A DNA stretch of 64,000 nucleotides. It comes from Okamejei kenojei (Eukaryota). Positions 1-13,239 of the stretch are shown here, piece by piece. The notes under the pieces were generated by a model that worked only from the letters and a program-made list of their open reading frames with translations, was not told where the DNA came from and did no database searches. How positions within the stretch are numbered: the first letter of the stretch is position 1; each line of letters starts with the position of its first letter. A program made the position numbers and the translations under genes. The stretch spans positions 24,490,001 to 24,554,000 of the forward strand of contig CM069137.1 of assembly GCA_035221665.1 (NCBI GenBank). Reading direction: 5' to 3'.

Positions 1-572
1 ATCAATCGTGCAACTGAATTAATGCTCATCTAGTGTATAAAAGCATTTGTTGGCTCAAAGCTGTCTGCTGAATAGTACTGACTTGCAGAATAAAGTCCAT
101 GGAGGTCAGATTAGACTCAACCAGGTAAATGTGTGCGTGGAGTTGCTTAAAGTTTAAGGTAGTGCTAGCTACTGTTGAAAGATATTTATTGTTTATTAAG
201 GTCACTATCAGTGGAAAAAGCCAGGTGCAGAATTTTTCACTGACATGCTTCCAACTCCTGTTACTTTTTACTGCCGTGCAAAATGCATTGTTTAAAATAT
301 TTTGAGCTTGGAGACATAGAACTCTAATTTGCCTACACAGTACATGGCAATATAATTCACTTGTTCAGAAGTTTTAATTTCACTCTGCATTTAATGAGCA
401 TTGGGTAGATGTGGGAAAATTGACTTCCATGAATTATCCTAGCACACCATTTAGATGCCAGTTTATCAGAAATTAATCATCAAAATAAATAAATATCTAA
501 TTTGCTTGAGAAGGTGAAAGTGTATGAGACTAGCAGGAGAATGTATGACTGAAAATATAAAGTAACATAGTA

Positions 573-874
573 TTTAGTTTAGTTTAGAGATATACCATGG
601 AAACAGGCCCTTCGGCCCGACCAAGTCTACACTGACCATCGATCACCCGTTCTCACTAGTTCTATGTTACCCCATTATTCATCACTCCCTACATACCAGG
701 GGCAATTTGCAATTAACCTATAAACCCCCCGTCTTTGGGATGTGGCCTGAAACCAGAGCACCCAGAGGAAACCCACGTGGTCACAGGGAGAACATGCAAA
801 TTCCACGTAGACACCATCTGAGATCAGGATGAAACCTGGCGCTGTGAGGCAGTAATTCTACCACTGCGCCAGTG
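573..874 (-). mobile_element. HE1-like tRNA-derived V-SINE
   Basis: tRNA-like head (TGGCGCAGTGGTAG), central V-domain-like GTTCTCCCTGTGACC, CR1-type 3' end with (TAAAC)n tail. Confidence 0.8.
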
Positions 875-1788
875 TTACAAGAGAGTGTTCCACCTTTACT
901 TTAAAACTCTATAGATCTGAACACTTTACTGTAGCATGGTAAATAGGACAAGTTCTAGGTTTTGTTCTTCAGCCAGATTTTCCTGTGAGTCATTTGCTTT
1001 AATGGTTTTGATCATTTTGTTGAGGCATTTTCAAATGTAGGAAAACCTGTGACATAAGCTAAAAGTTTAAAACCAAGATGAAAGTCAGGCACCTCAACCT
1101 ACAACAGCCCATGAGAACTTTTTCTGCTGTGTTTTCTCGCTTTCAAAAGTTTATGCGGTTGAGTAATTCCAGGCCAACTAAAATCTCAATCATCGTGTAG
1201 GAATTCTCTAGACTGCATGCTAAAAATTAAATAAACAGCACTCGCTATTGATTCAAACAAATTCCCCCAAATGTTTATTTTCCTCTTTCACCTTCTAAAA
1301 ATGACTGTGTTTAAGTACAGATGCTGTCTGGAACCTAGGTGGCTTCCTTACATGGCAGATGACATCTCGGGGCATTGTCCTTGTTTGCAAATAGGCAAAG
1401 GGAAGACCATTGTTAGATGACAATACCACTGCAGCTAGGGTGGTGACATTTTCTTAAAATACCCTTCATTAAGAAAGCTGAGAGTTAGACTGGCTTTCTC
1501 AAGACCAACGTTATGCACAATCCATTCCCTTCAAGCTTCCTGGAGGGAATGATCCAAGTGCCTCCATTTCTGTAAATGTTTATTAAAGACCTGGCATGTC
1601 ATCACCCTTAAGATTCTTGTTTTTACAAGTTCACAGTGTGTGATGACATCGCCACTGAGTTGGTTAATCAGCAGATTAGTGAAATAAACTGCACCAGCAA
1701 ACAGGTTGGCTTGCTCTTTTGTCCCTTCAATACTAAACATCATTTGAATGGTCGGTCAGGGCAGAATCTTCATGCACCTATTTAAAAG

Positions 1789-1885
1789 AGTCTGAAGAAG
1801 GGTCTTGACCCGAAATATCATCTATTCCTTCTCTCCAGAGATGCTGCCTGTCCCGCTGAGTTACTCCAGCTTCTTGCGTCTATCT
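1789..1885 (+). mobile_element. PLE pLTR fragment with hammerhead-like core
   Basis: CTGAAGAAGGGTCTTGACCCGAAATATC followed by family sequence. Confidence 0.75.
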
Positions 1886-3692
1886 AAAGGAAGACACAAG
1901 CAAGTTAGTCTTCATACCACAAAGCCTTGCATTGCTTTGTCGTTGTTTACCCAGATTGTAACCTCCTCACACTAATATTTTGAATACTTTTGATATATTT
2001 TAATTCCAAAAACATTTATTTTATATACTCACAATTATTTTGGCTCGGTTTATTGAAAATCCACAACAACAAGCAAATTTAATTTACGTAGCCTTAATGA
2101 GAAGTTGCAACTATTTCTCGGTGGCCTATCCATGCCGGGTCCTCTTTGTTCTTCACCACATGACAACTCAAATGCAGAGAACAGGACTGACAAATTCTGC
2201 ATAGTCTTTTTCATCCATTAACACCGCTTATGTCTTCATTAATTAATGGGCTAGAACTGACTGGATAGCAGTGAAGACCAGTGCCAAACAAGAATGCAGC
2301 CTAGCCCCAATATTTTTCTGTATCTTTTTCTCCACAATGTTGCACCTCGCCTCCCAAAAAATAACCCAGGGAAGTGGAACTAATCTTCAGAACGACAGGG
2401 AAACTGTTCTAATGGTGAAGATAACGCTCCAGAACAGAGGTTACCCTAACCTCGATAGTTGAGCTGAGGATTGCAGGTGATATTTTAATAAGTGTACACT
2501 TAGTGGCTAAGCTCCATGCCATCATTGACTCATTCCCCGATACCTCTGAGAGGATGGAACTCTTGCTCAACAGCTCCAAGATAAAGGACTCCCACCAATC
2601 TTCCCCTACAGTACGACACTGCCCTCTGATAGCAAAGATTTGTGGCAAGTCCCTGGAAAACATGGATCATTTCCCAAAAATCAGAATCTACCTCTCAGTC
2701 CAGGCAGTTATTTTTGAAGAAAGCCCTCACCACCATCTCTGTAGGATAATAACATTTGGTCGAATGAGAATAAGATTATTTGAATATCAAATGATCAAAT
2801 GAATGATCAAACCGTCAGGCACTGTACTAATCTTATGGAATATTGGGCACTACTGGTTCCTATATTTTTCTGAGATGGAAATTACTAAAGCAGGACACTA
2901 AGCACTGAAAATATTCCAGCAATATTATCTCCTTAAAATCCTTCATATTCTTTTGAAAAAAGAGTGGACCAATATCAGCACGCTCTACCAGGCAAACGTT
3001 CCCATTGAGGCTTTAATTAGACACAGATGGCTCCATTGCACACGCCAATTTGTTTGTATACTTGACACCAATTCCTAAAACAAACAATCTAATCCAAGCT
3101 CTGTCTTGAGAAGAGATTATCAGGTGGAGAGAAACAGATTCATAGATATGCTGCTTGAAAAATTGCAGCTCTCCTACAGACTCGTAAGAATCCCTGCCAT
3201 TCAAAGTGGAGAAGAGGCTTACAGAAAGATATTAAAAACACTGAGGTCATGCATTGGCAACAGGCAGAATAGATGGGGAAGGAATGTACCACAAACTACT
3301 CACCTACTCACCCCGTCAGGCACATCCTATCCCACGTGGAATGGTCTATGTTTGCCACTTTGTATCCACTTTGTTCCCCATAACACCAAAGTGGATATCC
3401 AAAATCCTGGTGGACTTCTTAAGACCAAAGTATCTACCGCTTCTATACATTACTTGAGAAGACTTTGGTTGCAGATTGGATTCAAAATCAAAATTATTTT
3501 TTTAGTTATTCCATGTAAAATAATTTGATTTTTTAAATGATTATCCACTGGTTCATTTACAACAATAAAATTTGAATTATGCAGCACTATTAAATTAGTA
3601 AAATGTCCCCAAGTGCTTCACAGGAGCATCATAAAATATAATTTGACATGCCTTATTGGAAATGGCAATACAAAACAGGGTAAACGTAGTAG

Positions 3693-3808
3693 GAGACACA
3701 AGCAACTGCAGATGCTAGATTGCAAAAAAAGACACATATTGCTGGTCATTGAATAGATCAGGCAGCACTTTGAAAAAACATGGATAGGCAGCATTTTGCG
3801 TTGGGGCA
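3693..3808 (-). mobile_element. Degraded PLE pLTR-like copy
   Basis: AACTGCAGATGCT...GACAC...GCTGG...CAGGCAGCA...GGATAGG blocks. Confidence 0.5.
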
Positions 3809-4249
3809 TTTGCTAGGAACATTTAAAAAAAGGTGAGGAATTACATCATTGCCAATGATGGGACAATAGAGATTTAAGGTAGCGGAGAGCCCCAGAACAG
3901 AATATTTTGGAAATAAAAATCAAGCCGAGTACTCTCGATGAGGAAAAAACAGAATAGTTGAAAGTTCTGATGATAGGTCAATCAAAAATTTAAATGTGAT
4001 TTCTCTCACCACAGATGCTGTCTGTCATCTTCTGACATAAGGAAACATATGGTTGGGGTGTTCAAATAACATTGCATGCATGAAAAGAAACGTTATTCCT
4101 CAGCCCATGTTCCTCCCATTTTGTTAACAAGATAAACATATTCCAATGTAACATGTTCTAAACTAATCCAATCTCATTTTTACTTGAAGGTTTCCAGTAT
4201 CATTGAATTTCTCTACAATTTCTTTCAACCTGTGAGGTTCTAATCCAGG

Positions 4250-4408
4250 GTTACACAAAAAGCTGGAGAAACTCAGCGGGTGCAGCAGCATCTAAGGAGC
4301 GAAGGAGATCCTTATCTCCGCTCCTTAGATGCTGCTGCACCCGCTGAGTTTCTCCAGCTTTTTGTGTAACCCTCGATTCTCCAGCATCTGCAGTTTCTTC
4401 GTTAACAC
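4250..4408. mobile_element. Inverted PLE pLTR pair (hairpin)
   Basis: Perfect 55-bp arms at 4247-4301 and 4319-4373; 15-bp TSD AGGTTCTAATCCAGG (4235-4249 and 4409-4423). Confidence 0.85.
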
Positions 4409-4593
4409 AGGTTCTAATCCAGGTTCATTCTGAAGCTTCATTTTTTTTCAATTTACAGCATAATCAACATCTTCCAGCACCAGTATGTCTCAGGTCACTT
4501 TAGTACCATTTCTGCTTATAATGTATTGTTATACCTGTATTTAATTGCCAGTGACTAAATGGATCAGGAGGTGTATATACAAACACACACTTA

Positions 4594-5415
4594 TGGGCCT
4601 GTCCCACTTAGGCGATTGTTCAGGCGATTGCCGGCGACTGTCAAGTCGTAGCAGGTCGCTGAAAAACCAGCGACTGGAACGGTGACTGTAAGAGTGGAAG
4701 ACACACACACACATACACACATCGCTTACTTCACCAGCCAGTTATGCAGGGGGACAGGGCAAGCGGGGGGAGCGCTGTGTGAGTGAAATTCACACGGGTT
4801 CAAAGCCAATGTGATACAGACACCACCACGATGAACAGGAAGGTTGGCGCTGTAATTAAGACGGTGAAAGCACAGTGTACGGGAAGGGTCACTTAAGTCC
4901 TTTAAAAGAGGGGGGAGAGAGGAGGGAGAGGGGGGAGAGAGGAGGGAGAGGGGGGAGAAGGAGTGAAGACAACTTTTAAGAAGCCAGAGATACACTGCTG
5001 TGAAGCTCGGCAGACATTAACATTACCGGTCGGTTATCCTTGGATCTGAAAACTACTGTTTATGATTTTTTCCCCAATGAGCAAATGAAATTGACCGGTC
5101 AGCACCGGCGACAACCTATGACAACCTATGACAACCTATGACAACCTACGACCTCCTGGCAACCCGCTACTACTGCACCTACGTCACGAGAATTCTCGCT
5201 ACTCTCCATGGCGTCAAAATTCTAATCGCCGTTAATTTTTCAACATGTTTGAAAAATTAGTGGCGACCAGAATGAAGCTAATTACAAGAATGCGAGATCT
5301 ACTCACCACCTTGCAGGCGACACTCCGGCAACCTCTGGTGAACATGTGGCGACCTTGTGGCGACCTCATAGTCTCCTGTAGTCACCTAGAAAGTCGCGTA
5401 AGTTGGACAGGCCCA
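4594..5415. mobile_element. Non-autonomous PIF/Harbinger-like DNA transposon (822 bp)
   Basis: TIRs TGGGCCTGTCC(C/A)ACTTA(G/C)GCGA; TTA target duplication (4591-4593 and 5416-5418); repeated subterminal GGCGAC motifs; no transposase ORF. Confidence 0.8.
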
Positions 5416-5439
5416 TTACACATACTCTCGCACTCACTG

Positions 5440-5943
5440 GGGCTGAAGAGGGTTCAGAGGAGATTTATGTGGATGATCCCAGATATTAGTGGGTTCACAT
5501 AAGATGAGCGCTTGGCAGTACTGGGCCTCCACTGGAGTTTAGAAGGATGAGGTGGGACCTCATTGAAACTTACTAAATAGTGAAAGGCCTGGATAGAGTT
5601 GATGTGGAGAGGATGTTTCCTCTAGTGGGAGAGTCCAGGACCAAAGGTCATAGCCTCAGAATTAAAGGATGTTCCTTTAGGAAGGAGATGAGGAGACATT
5701 TATTTAGTCAGAGGGTGGTGAATCTGTGGAATTTATTGCCACAGAAGGCAATGGAGGCCAGGTCAATGGATAATTTTAAGGCAGAGATAGATAGATTTTG
5801 ATTAGTTTCGTTGTCAGTCATTACAGGTAAAAGGCAGGAGAATAGGATTAGGAGGGAGAGATAGATCAGGCAGATTGAATGGTGCAGTAGACTTGATGGG
5901 CTGAATGGCCTAATTCTGGTCCTATCACTTATGAAATTATGAA
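5440..5943 (+). mobile_element. CR1/HER1-like LINE 3' fragment
   Basis: ORF2 C-terminus RVQRRF...KGLDRVDVERMFPLVGESRTKGHSL...FSQRVVNLWNLLP, followed by 3'UTR GGGCTGAATGGCC. Confidence 0.9.
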
Positions 5944-7158
5944 CATAGAAATAGCTGTGAGTTTCAATTACTAAGCCCAGCAATTCACATTATAAAAAAC
6001 TGCACAACAGGCTAAAATTTGGTCAGATGCAAGTAGCCATAAATTAATTTGAAGCTGCGTGTGCTGTCTGTATTTAGCTGTAGGCTTTCTTTTAACAAAG
6101 TACTGTAGCATCTTCACTGCTTTTCCTAGTTAGGCTAATGCGTATCTGACACAATAGCAAGTTTAATACCACTGGTCAATCGTTACAAAGATATTTGTGT
6201 GACAGATAGACTATTTCTCATTTGAGTCATTGCAAAACAGGGAACCAAGGCAGAATCAGAGATAAGGAAATTATTGTACGTTATATAGATCAGATACAGA
6301 ACAACGTCTTTTTTTCAGTTTGCCAACAGAATGATACACTAACCATCGACTATTTTTCTAAATTAACATTCCTTTTGAGGATTAATTTGCCGTGAAACTG
6401 TATTAATTAATTTCAGGATGAGGGTTTTCCTTTGATAATGAATCAAGAATTGAGGGACAATGCCATGCCTTTAATTATTGAGCATCTGAATAAAAAACGG
6501 TTATTGAAATACCAAAGTTGTACTGAAATCTTGATTATTTTTTTACTCCAAGTTATGTAGTTGTTAGAATATTCACAATGAAGTGTGAGCAGCAATGGTA
6601 AATTGGTTGTTTTTGAGTGGGGGCAGTGCAGAAATAACTATATATTTTTGTCTCATTTCTTTTTACCATCCACTTGCTGGGAAGTAGTGAAGCATGTTTA
6701 GCCCACTGGAGCTGACCTCTATCATAGCCACAGCAACTAACTGTTGATAGCTGAAGATTTATCTAGTCTGGTTTCTCCCCAACTTTTGCAGAAGCAAGTG
6801 ACTTCTGCTTAGTATTCAGAGAACTTTTATCCAAAGCATCAATGAAAATGTTAACTTCCTTGTTGATTGTACAACCGTCAATATAATAAAATGTCCAAAC
6901 GCTCTTCATACAACACTTGACAGCAGCCATATTCCGACAGGTGACCAAAACCTTGGACAAAGGTATTGGCTTTGGAGCTTCTTGAGTAGAAAGGAAAGTT
7001 GTGGAGGCAGGATGGTTTAGTACCTTGACAGGTGACAACACTTCCAACCAAGATTGTGCCTCCAATCAGGGATACTCAAGGATTCAGAATTAAAACACAA
7101 TTACTTATGTCAGTTGTAGGCTAGAAGAAGTTAAAAGATAGGAAATGTGGATTTCTAG

Positions 7159-7340
7159 CACCTGGGTTCGATACTGATCTTGGTACTGTCTGTGTGGAGT
7201 TTGCACATTCTCCCTGTGATCGCGTGGATTTCCTCCAGTGGCTGCGGTTTCCGCCCACATCCCAAATTTGTACACTTTTGGCGGTTAATTGCCTTCAACG
7301 TGTAAGGGGTGGATGAGAAAGTGGAATAACATAGATTTGA
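7159..7340 (+). mobile_element. HE1-like V-SINE, partial
   Basis: B-box GGTTCGATAC, then GTCTGTGTGGAGTTTGCACATTCTCCCTGTG. Confidence 0.75.
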
Positions 7341-7604
7341 ACACAAGGATAAGAATTTTAAAACTCTTGTTATACTTTATTAGGAACTAAGGTAAGCCGG
7401 TGAACACAGGGGTATGGGGGAATAAGATGGCATGAGTATGGGTATGGGCATGGCAGCACTGTTTTGAATAAGTTTAAATTTATAGAGGGTAGAAGACGGG
7501 CCAAGTAATCTTGGTTAATGTTAACAGTGCTACAAATATCTTACTTCTAACGTGAATTTCAAAAGCTATGTAAGCGGTCCACATACTCTCTATAAACGAC
7601 TTCC

Positions 7605-8078
7605 CTTCATTCCACTTGGGTCACTTAAAACCTAATGGTACGAATGCTAAAATCTTCAATTTTAGATAAGTGACCTATAAACAATGCACCCCACCCCCAT
7701 TTTTTAAACCGTTTTTCCCTGTGACCCTCTTGGACTTGCACACATTTCTCCACCTCCTCCTCCCCTCTCACTATATTCCTTCCTCTGGCGACACAATTCT
7801 CAATCCTTATCTCACACCATTTGTCTTTTCATCTCTGGCCCTTTCCCAACCATCTGCCAATTAAGCCTCCACCCTCACCTGTATCCAAACTGTCACTTGC
7901 CAGTTCATCTCTTCCAGCATTCTTTCCCCCTCCCCCTTCCCCACCACAATTATTCTGAAGAAGGGTCCTAACCCAAAAGGTCACCTCTCCATATTCTCCA
8001 AAGATGCTGACTAACTGCTGAGTTACACCAGCATTTTATGTGTTTTTTTGAAACCGACATCTGCAATTCCTTGTTTTC
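7605..8078 (+). mobile_element. Degraded Penelope-like element 3' end
   Basis: Translates FHLGHLKPNGTNAKIFNFR*, matching the end of the 48738 ORF (FRLLSLHPSSMNIDFSNFR*), then pyrimidine-rich UTR and a decayed hammerhead/pLTR at 7955. Confidence 0.7.
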
Positions 8079-8359
8079 CTGCTTGCTGGCATCTTAATTT
8101 CCTTATTCCCAAAGGGTTAAACCATAATCTCTCAAATCCCTCTCTACCTCCTACTGCTCCTTACACCCTACCTACCAATTATCAATAATATTAAATGCAC
8201 TGGTGCCAAATTCTATGTGGTATCAACAATAAGTACTAAAGATCAGGGGGCATAGATTAAAAGTATTTGCTAGAAATATCACTTTAATTCAGAAAGTGGT
8301 AGGTGCCTAGGACTCACTGCCTGAAATAGGTGACGGAGACAACGATTTTTACTTTTTTT

Positions 8360-8652
8360 AGAATTTTAGAGATGCGGCGTGGGAACAGACCTATCTGCCC
8401 ATTAGGTCCGTGCCGACCAGCGATCATCCCGTACACAAGCACTTTCCTACACACAAGGGACAATTTGCAATTTCCAGAAGCCAATTAACTTACAAACCTG
8501 AACGTCTTTGGAGTGTGGGAAGAAACCGAAGATCTTGGAGAAAACCCACGCAGGTCATGGGGAGAACGTACAGACTCTGTACAGACATGACAGGATCGAA
8601 CCTGTGTCTCCGGCACTGTAAGGCAGTAGCTCTACTGCTAAGCCACTGTGCC
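8360..8652 (-). mobile_element. HE1-like V-SINE
   Basis: Head GGCACAGTGGCTTAGCAGTAGAG, V-domain and CR1-type tail. Confidence 0.8.
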
Positions 8653-9585
8653 GGACCAAATGACATTCATTGTACTTTAGAAGTACTTAGATGTCACTTG
8701 AAAAGCTGTAACCTAGGGTGGAGTTTAATGCAACTACAGCCTGAATTTCGACTGGTTGGCTTTCGTGACTATGTTTCGTGTCTTCGTGACTATGTTTCTC
8801 TGTTTCCATGTTTTCAGTGATTTTGTGAACACTGTTAATATCTTTTGAAAGTACTGGGTCAAAAGAATAGATATTCATTAAATAAATCAAATGACTAATG
8901 GATACGTCATATTTTAAGTACATAAATCTCATTGTGTCACTGGGCAATACCTGTCTGATCGGAATATAAGTATACAAAGGGAACACAAAAATATAAAGGG
9001 GAAACATCATCACATTTCTAAGCAGAGGTTGGCCACCCAAACTGACTTTAATCAGTTACTCAAATGTGCAATGCATTAACAGTGATTAAAAAAGAGTAAA
9101 GAGTAAAGAATTTGTGAGTGATTACTATCCATTCATCAAAAGTATACTGTCAATGTTAAGCTGTTAACTACCAGGCTAATCGAGTACTGGCTGTGTCTGG
9201 AGACCATTTGACTTTACGACTGGTAATGTAAATTTAACCCTTCAAGAATCGGCACTAGAACATATTTGGAATCCTAGTGGATGACTTCCGCTGCTTCAGC
9301 AGATGTACAAATGTTCACAATATTATCCTAAGATTCCTGGATATTCAGCTATTTTCTTTGAAATGGATCTAAATAAACAGCAAAATAAGATGAGGATTGA
9401 AAAGTAGAACAATGGACATTGATTAATAGCAAGCTTGGCATGGAAATGAGCTTTCACAAGTCATAGATTTATGGAATCATAGAGTCATACAGCACAGAAA
9501 TAGGCCCCTCGGCCCATGCCGATAAAAATGCTCCATCTACTCTAGTCCCACCTGCCTGTGTTTGGCCCATATCCATCTAAATCAT

Positions 9586-10102
9586 GTGTCGGAGGGAACT
9601 GCAGATGCTGATTTAAACTGAAGATAGACAGAAAATGCTGGAGTATCTCAGCGGGACAGGCAGCATCCCTGGATAGAAGGAATAAACAGAAGGTTAGCAG
9701 GAAACATGTTCCCGATGTTGGGGGAGTCCAGAACCAGGGGCCACAGTTTAAGAATAAGGAGTAAGCCATTTAGAACGGAGACGAGGAAATGCTTTTTCTC
9801 ACAGAGAATGGTGAGTCTGTGGAATTCTCTGCCTCAGAGGGCGGTGGAGGCAGGTTCTCTGGATGCTTTCAAGAGAGAGCTAGATAGGGCTCTTAAAAAT
9901 AGCAGAGTCAGGGGATATGGGGAGAAGGCAGGAACGGGGTACTGATTGGGGATGATCAGCCATGATCACATTGATTGGCAGTGCTGGCTCAAAGGGCCAA
10001 ATGGCCTACTCCTGCACCTATTGTCTATTGTCTATTGTCTATTGAATGAGTGGCATTTCCAGTTGAAAAGCCACTGAGTTAATACAGCATTTTGCGTCTA
10101 TT
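9586..10102. mobile_element. PLE pLTR insertion interrupted by a CR1 fragment
   Basis: 14-bp TSD TCCATCTAAATCAT (9572-9585 and 10103-10116); pLTR parts at 9586-9685 and 10044-10102. Confidence 0.75.
9690..10043 (+). mobile_element. CR1-like LINE 3' fragment
   Basis: MFPMLGESRTRGHSLRI...FSQRMVSLWNSLP; (CTATTGT)n tail. Confidence 0.9.
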
Positions 10103-12052
10103 TCCATCTAAATCATCTTGTCTTTTAAATGTTATTATAGGACCGGCCTTAACTATCCCCTCGAAAAGCTCATTCTATATTCCCACCAACCTCTGTGTGA
10201 AAATGTTGCCCCTCATTCATTCACTCTGGGTAAAAGACTATGCATTTACCCTAACTATTACTCTCATCATCTTATACACCTCTATATGATCACCCCTCAT
10301 TTTCCTCTGCTCAAAGGGATATGGTCCTAATCTGCCCAATATACCATATAACCATATAACCATATAACAATTACAGCACGGAAACAGGCCCTCTCGGCCC
10401 TTCCAGTCCGTGCCGACCATTTGTTTTCCCCTAGTCCCATCTACCTGCACTCAGACCATACCCCTCCATTCCCTTCACGTCCCTTCATATCTCCTAATAG
10501 CACAAGTAATCAAGCCCTGGCAACATACCGGTAAATCTTCTTTGTGCTTAACAACATCCTTCCTACAGCAGGGTGACCAAAAATGAACATAATACTCCAA
10601 ATGCAGTCTCATCAGCATTTTGTGCTACTGTACCATAACATCTCAACTTCTATACTCAGTACCCTGACTGTTGAAGGTCAATGATCCGGATGTCTTCATG
10701 ACATCACTGTCCACCTGTCTATTCAGTTGTGCTGCAGCAAGTAAGAATTGCATTGTCCCATTCAGGACATATGACAATAAAACACTCTTGACCCTTGCTG
10801 TGACGTCACTTTCAAGGAACTATGTGCCTGCATTCCTAGATCCCTCTGTAACATATCAAATGCCTTGCTGAAGTCCAAATGGACAGCATCTACAGCATTA
10901 TCCTCATTAACCTTTTAGGTTAGTGCTTCAAAAAACCAAAAAAGATTTGTAGGTTGCAATCTCCCATGTGCTAAACCATGCTGACTATCCCTAGCCCCAG
11001 TGCCAGATGCATATGTATGTTATCCATCAGAATACTCTCCAGTACCTTGCCTACCCTGACCTATAACTCCCAGGCTGTTCACTGCAACCTTGTTTACATA
11101 GAGACACAACATTAGCCATCCTTCCATCTTCTGGCACCATCCATCATTGTTTTATTAATCCATCATTGCTTTTGGTATTGATGCAAGTAAAAAGGACGTT
11201 CACCAAAAATTTTTAAATTGACGAAAAAATTGTCTTTAAGAGTGCTGGATTATTTAACACCCACGGAATGTATGGTTACTTTAACGGAACCAGAGGCTGC
11301 AAAGAAATGTACAGGTATTTCCTCATCAACATCACAAGATACATGCCAAGAGTGAGGTCTTCAATGTCAGGTAGTTCAGGAGATCTAGGAAGGCCAACAT
11401 AAGAGGAAACTGGCAAGACACAACTACAGCTGTCATCTCTAGGTGTGAGGATGCCCACTCAATTAAAAAACAGCACTAAAATTGTCATGTCTCACAAAGA
11501 ATATTAGAATGAGATCCCAACCACTGAAACCAGTGGGAGCCAAGCCATTTTAATAACTGGATCAAAGATTTGTGTGTCTGTCAGTAGAAATGGACCTTAG
11601 AAACAATGTGTAAGGGTTATTAACTATTATCTGGGCTCAATTTTTGATATATTGGTGGACCATTGATAGTGACAATTGGAATGTGGAGACGGTTAACAGG
11701 TTTGGTTTGGAGTTATGATTCTACCTATTTGAGATCATGCATATTGTTATTGTCCACTGCCTGCACTCCTCCACTCAACTGAGAAGTGATGGTATGGATG
11801 GCAAGTAGGGACATCCCCCTGGTAGCCTCCTTTTCCATCTGCTCCATTCAATCCTTCTGCTCATCAGGTTACTCAGATCTCCTGGTTGCTCTTGCTGTGC
11901 ACCCAATGTCCCTTTTGGCTTGAGAGATGGTGCAGCATGCATTACACCAGAACAAAGTTTTCTCACCCTCTTGTTGGTTAATTCAGGGGCTCGCAGACTC
12001 ATGCAAGGTTCGGATGCTGTGTTTGGACTCCACGATGCTATAAGGAGCCAGA

Positions 12053-12172
12053 AATAAGGAACTGCACATTCCGGTTTAGACAAAAGGACATAAAGTGCTG
12101 TAGTAACTCAACGGGGCAAGAGGCATCTCCGGAGGAGATAGATAGGTGACATTTCGAGTTGGGGCCCTTTTT
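12053..12172 (-). mobile_element. Degraded PLE pLTR copy
   Basis: GGAACTGCA...GTAACTCA...GCATCTC...GATAGGTGACATTTCG blocks. Confidence 0.6.
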
Positions 12173-12734
12173 TTAGAGGATTGCCCTTATCTCCTAGGAA
12201 TTACTCTTCAGTAGGAGCTGACTGCAGGAATGTGGCACTGGTTGGTCTCTCTAAGGATGAAGACATGACGTGCTCTCTCCGGAAACATAAGATTCACCAT
12301 AAATCAGGAGTTGACTGTGTTTAATTGTCATATGTAGCGGGAAGCTCAAGTGACAGTGACAGGAAGCTCAAATAACAGACATGAGGAAACCTTTCTGATG
12401 ATCCATATCTAAGGACGGGAATTTCTTTTTGTTGAAGAAGTATGGATTATCTGTGGAAATTCTTATGGGCACGACCAAGATCAGTGCTTGTCCTTCAATG
12501 TCTCTGAAGCCACCTATGCTTCACTAAAATGAAAGTAGATTAAATAATTTCTCCATGAATACATTGCCTGGTTGATCTCTCTAATGTAGGTGGTGAGCAA
12601 GAAATGAGGAGACTTTGAGATTTCAGTCAGCCCATCAAGGTCAGTTCAGCCCATCAAGACTACCACGGCTCTCAGAAGAATCACATTCTCCCAGTAACGT
12701 TCCCTGTAACCTTTTCCTTTCCACGCATCTACAT

Positions 12735-12940
12735 GCCAGGGCAATTGACAGTGATTCACCTAACCTCCTGCAGATTGGTGGGGGGGGGGGGGGGGGGGGA
12801 GCAGCACACCTGTGTGAAAACTGTGTGGTCACAGGGAGAACATGGAAGCTCCATACAGACAGCACTGGAGGTCAGAATTGAACCTAAGTTGGCTGGGACC
12901 GTGAGGTAGCAGTGCCTTGTCTGTTTCCACTGTGCCACCA
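12735..12940 (-). mobile_element. Degraded V-SINE
   Basis: GTCACAGGGAGAAC...CATACAGACAGCAC...GAATTGAACC; interrupted by a poly-G run. Confidence 0.65.
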
Positions 12941-13239
12941 CTGAATCTGTTGCAATGACTTGTAAATATACCATGGTGAGAAAGTTCTTCATGAAGAGTC
13001 ATTCCCAGATATGAAAGCATGACTCAAGATCTTTCTACACCATTTAAGGACACAAATGAACTTGCAGCTTTTTGGCAACCTTTAAACACATGCTTCGACA
13101 GCTGCCTGCTGTGTAAAGCATTCCCTATTAGATTTGGCATACACTGTGTGTGTTTGCTAAATGCTGGTATTGCCAACAACATCTGGATCCTACAAATGAG
13201 TGAATATCCTGTATGGCCAATTGTGCCCATAATGATTTC

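Larger units (their letters stand above)
9460..11140 (-). mobile_element. Older CR1-like LINE, fragmented by nested insertions
   Basis: 3' tail at 9460-9585 resumes after the TSD at 10117; decayed RGDHIEVYKMMR; a second CR1 tail with (CCATATAA)n at 10340-10480. Confidence 0.65.

Noticed and set aside
2400-3530. Clustered 60-140 aa ORFs
   Set aside because: No recognisable domains or splice structure; probably chance ORFs or decayed repeats.
5110-5149. CRISPR-like repeat array
   Set aside because: 10-bp tandem units without spacers inside a eukaryotic transposon; no cas genes.
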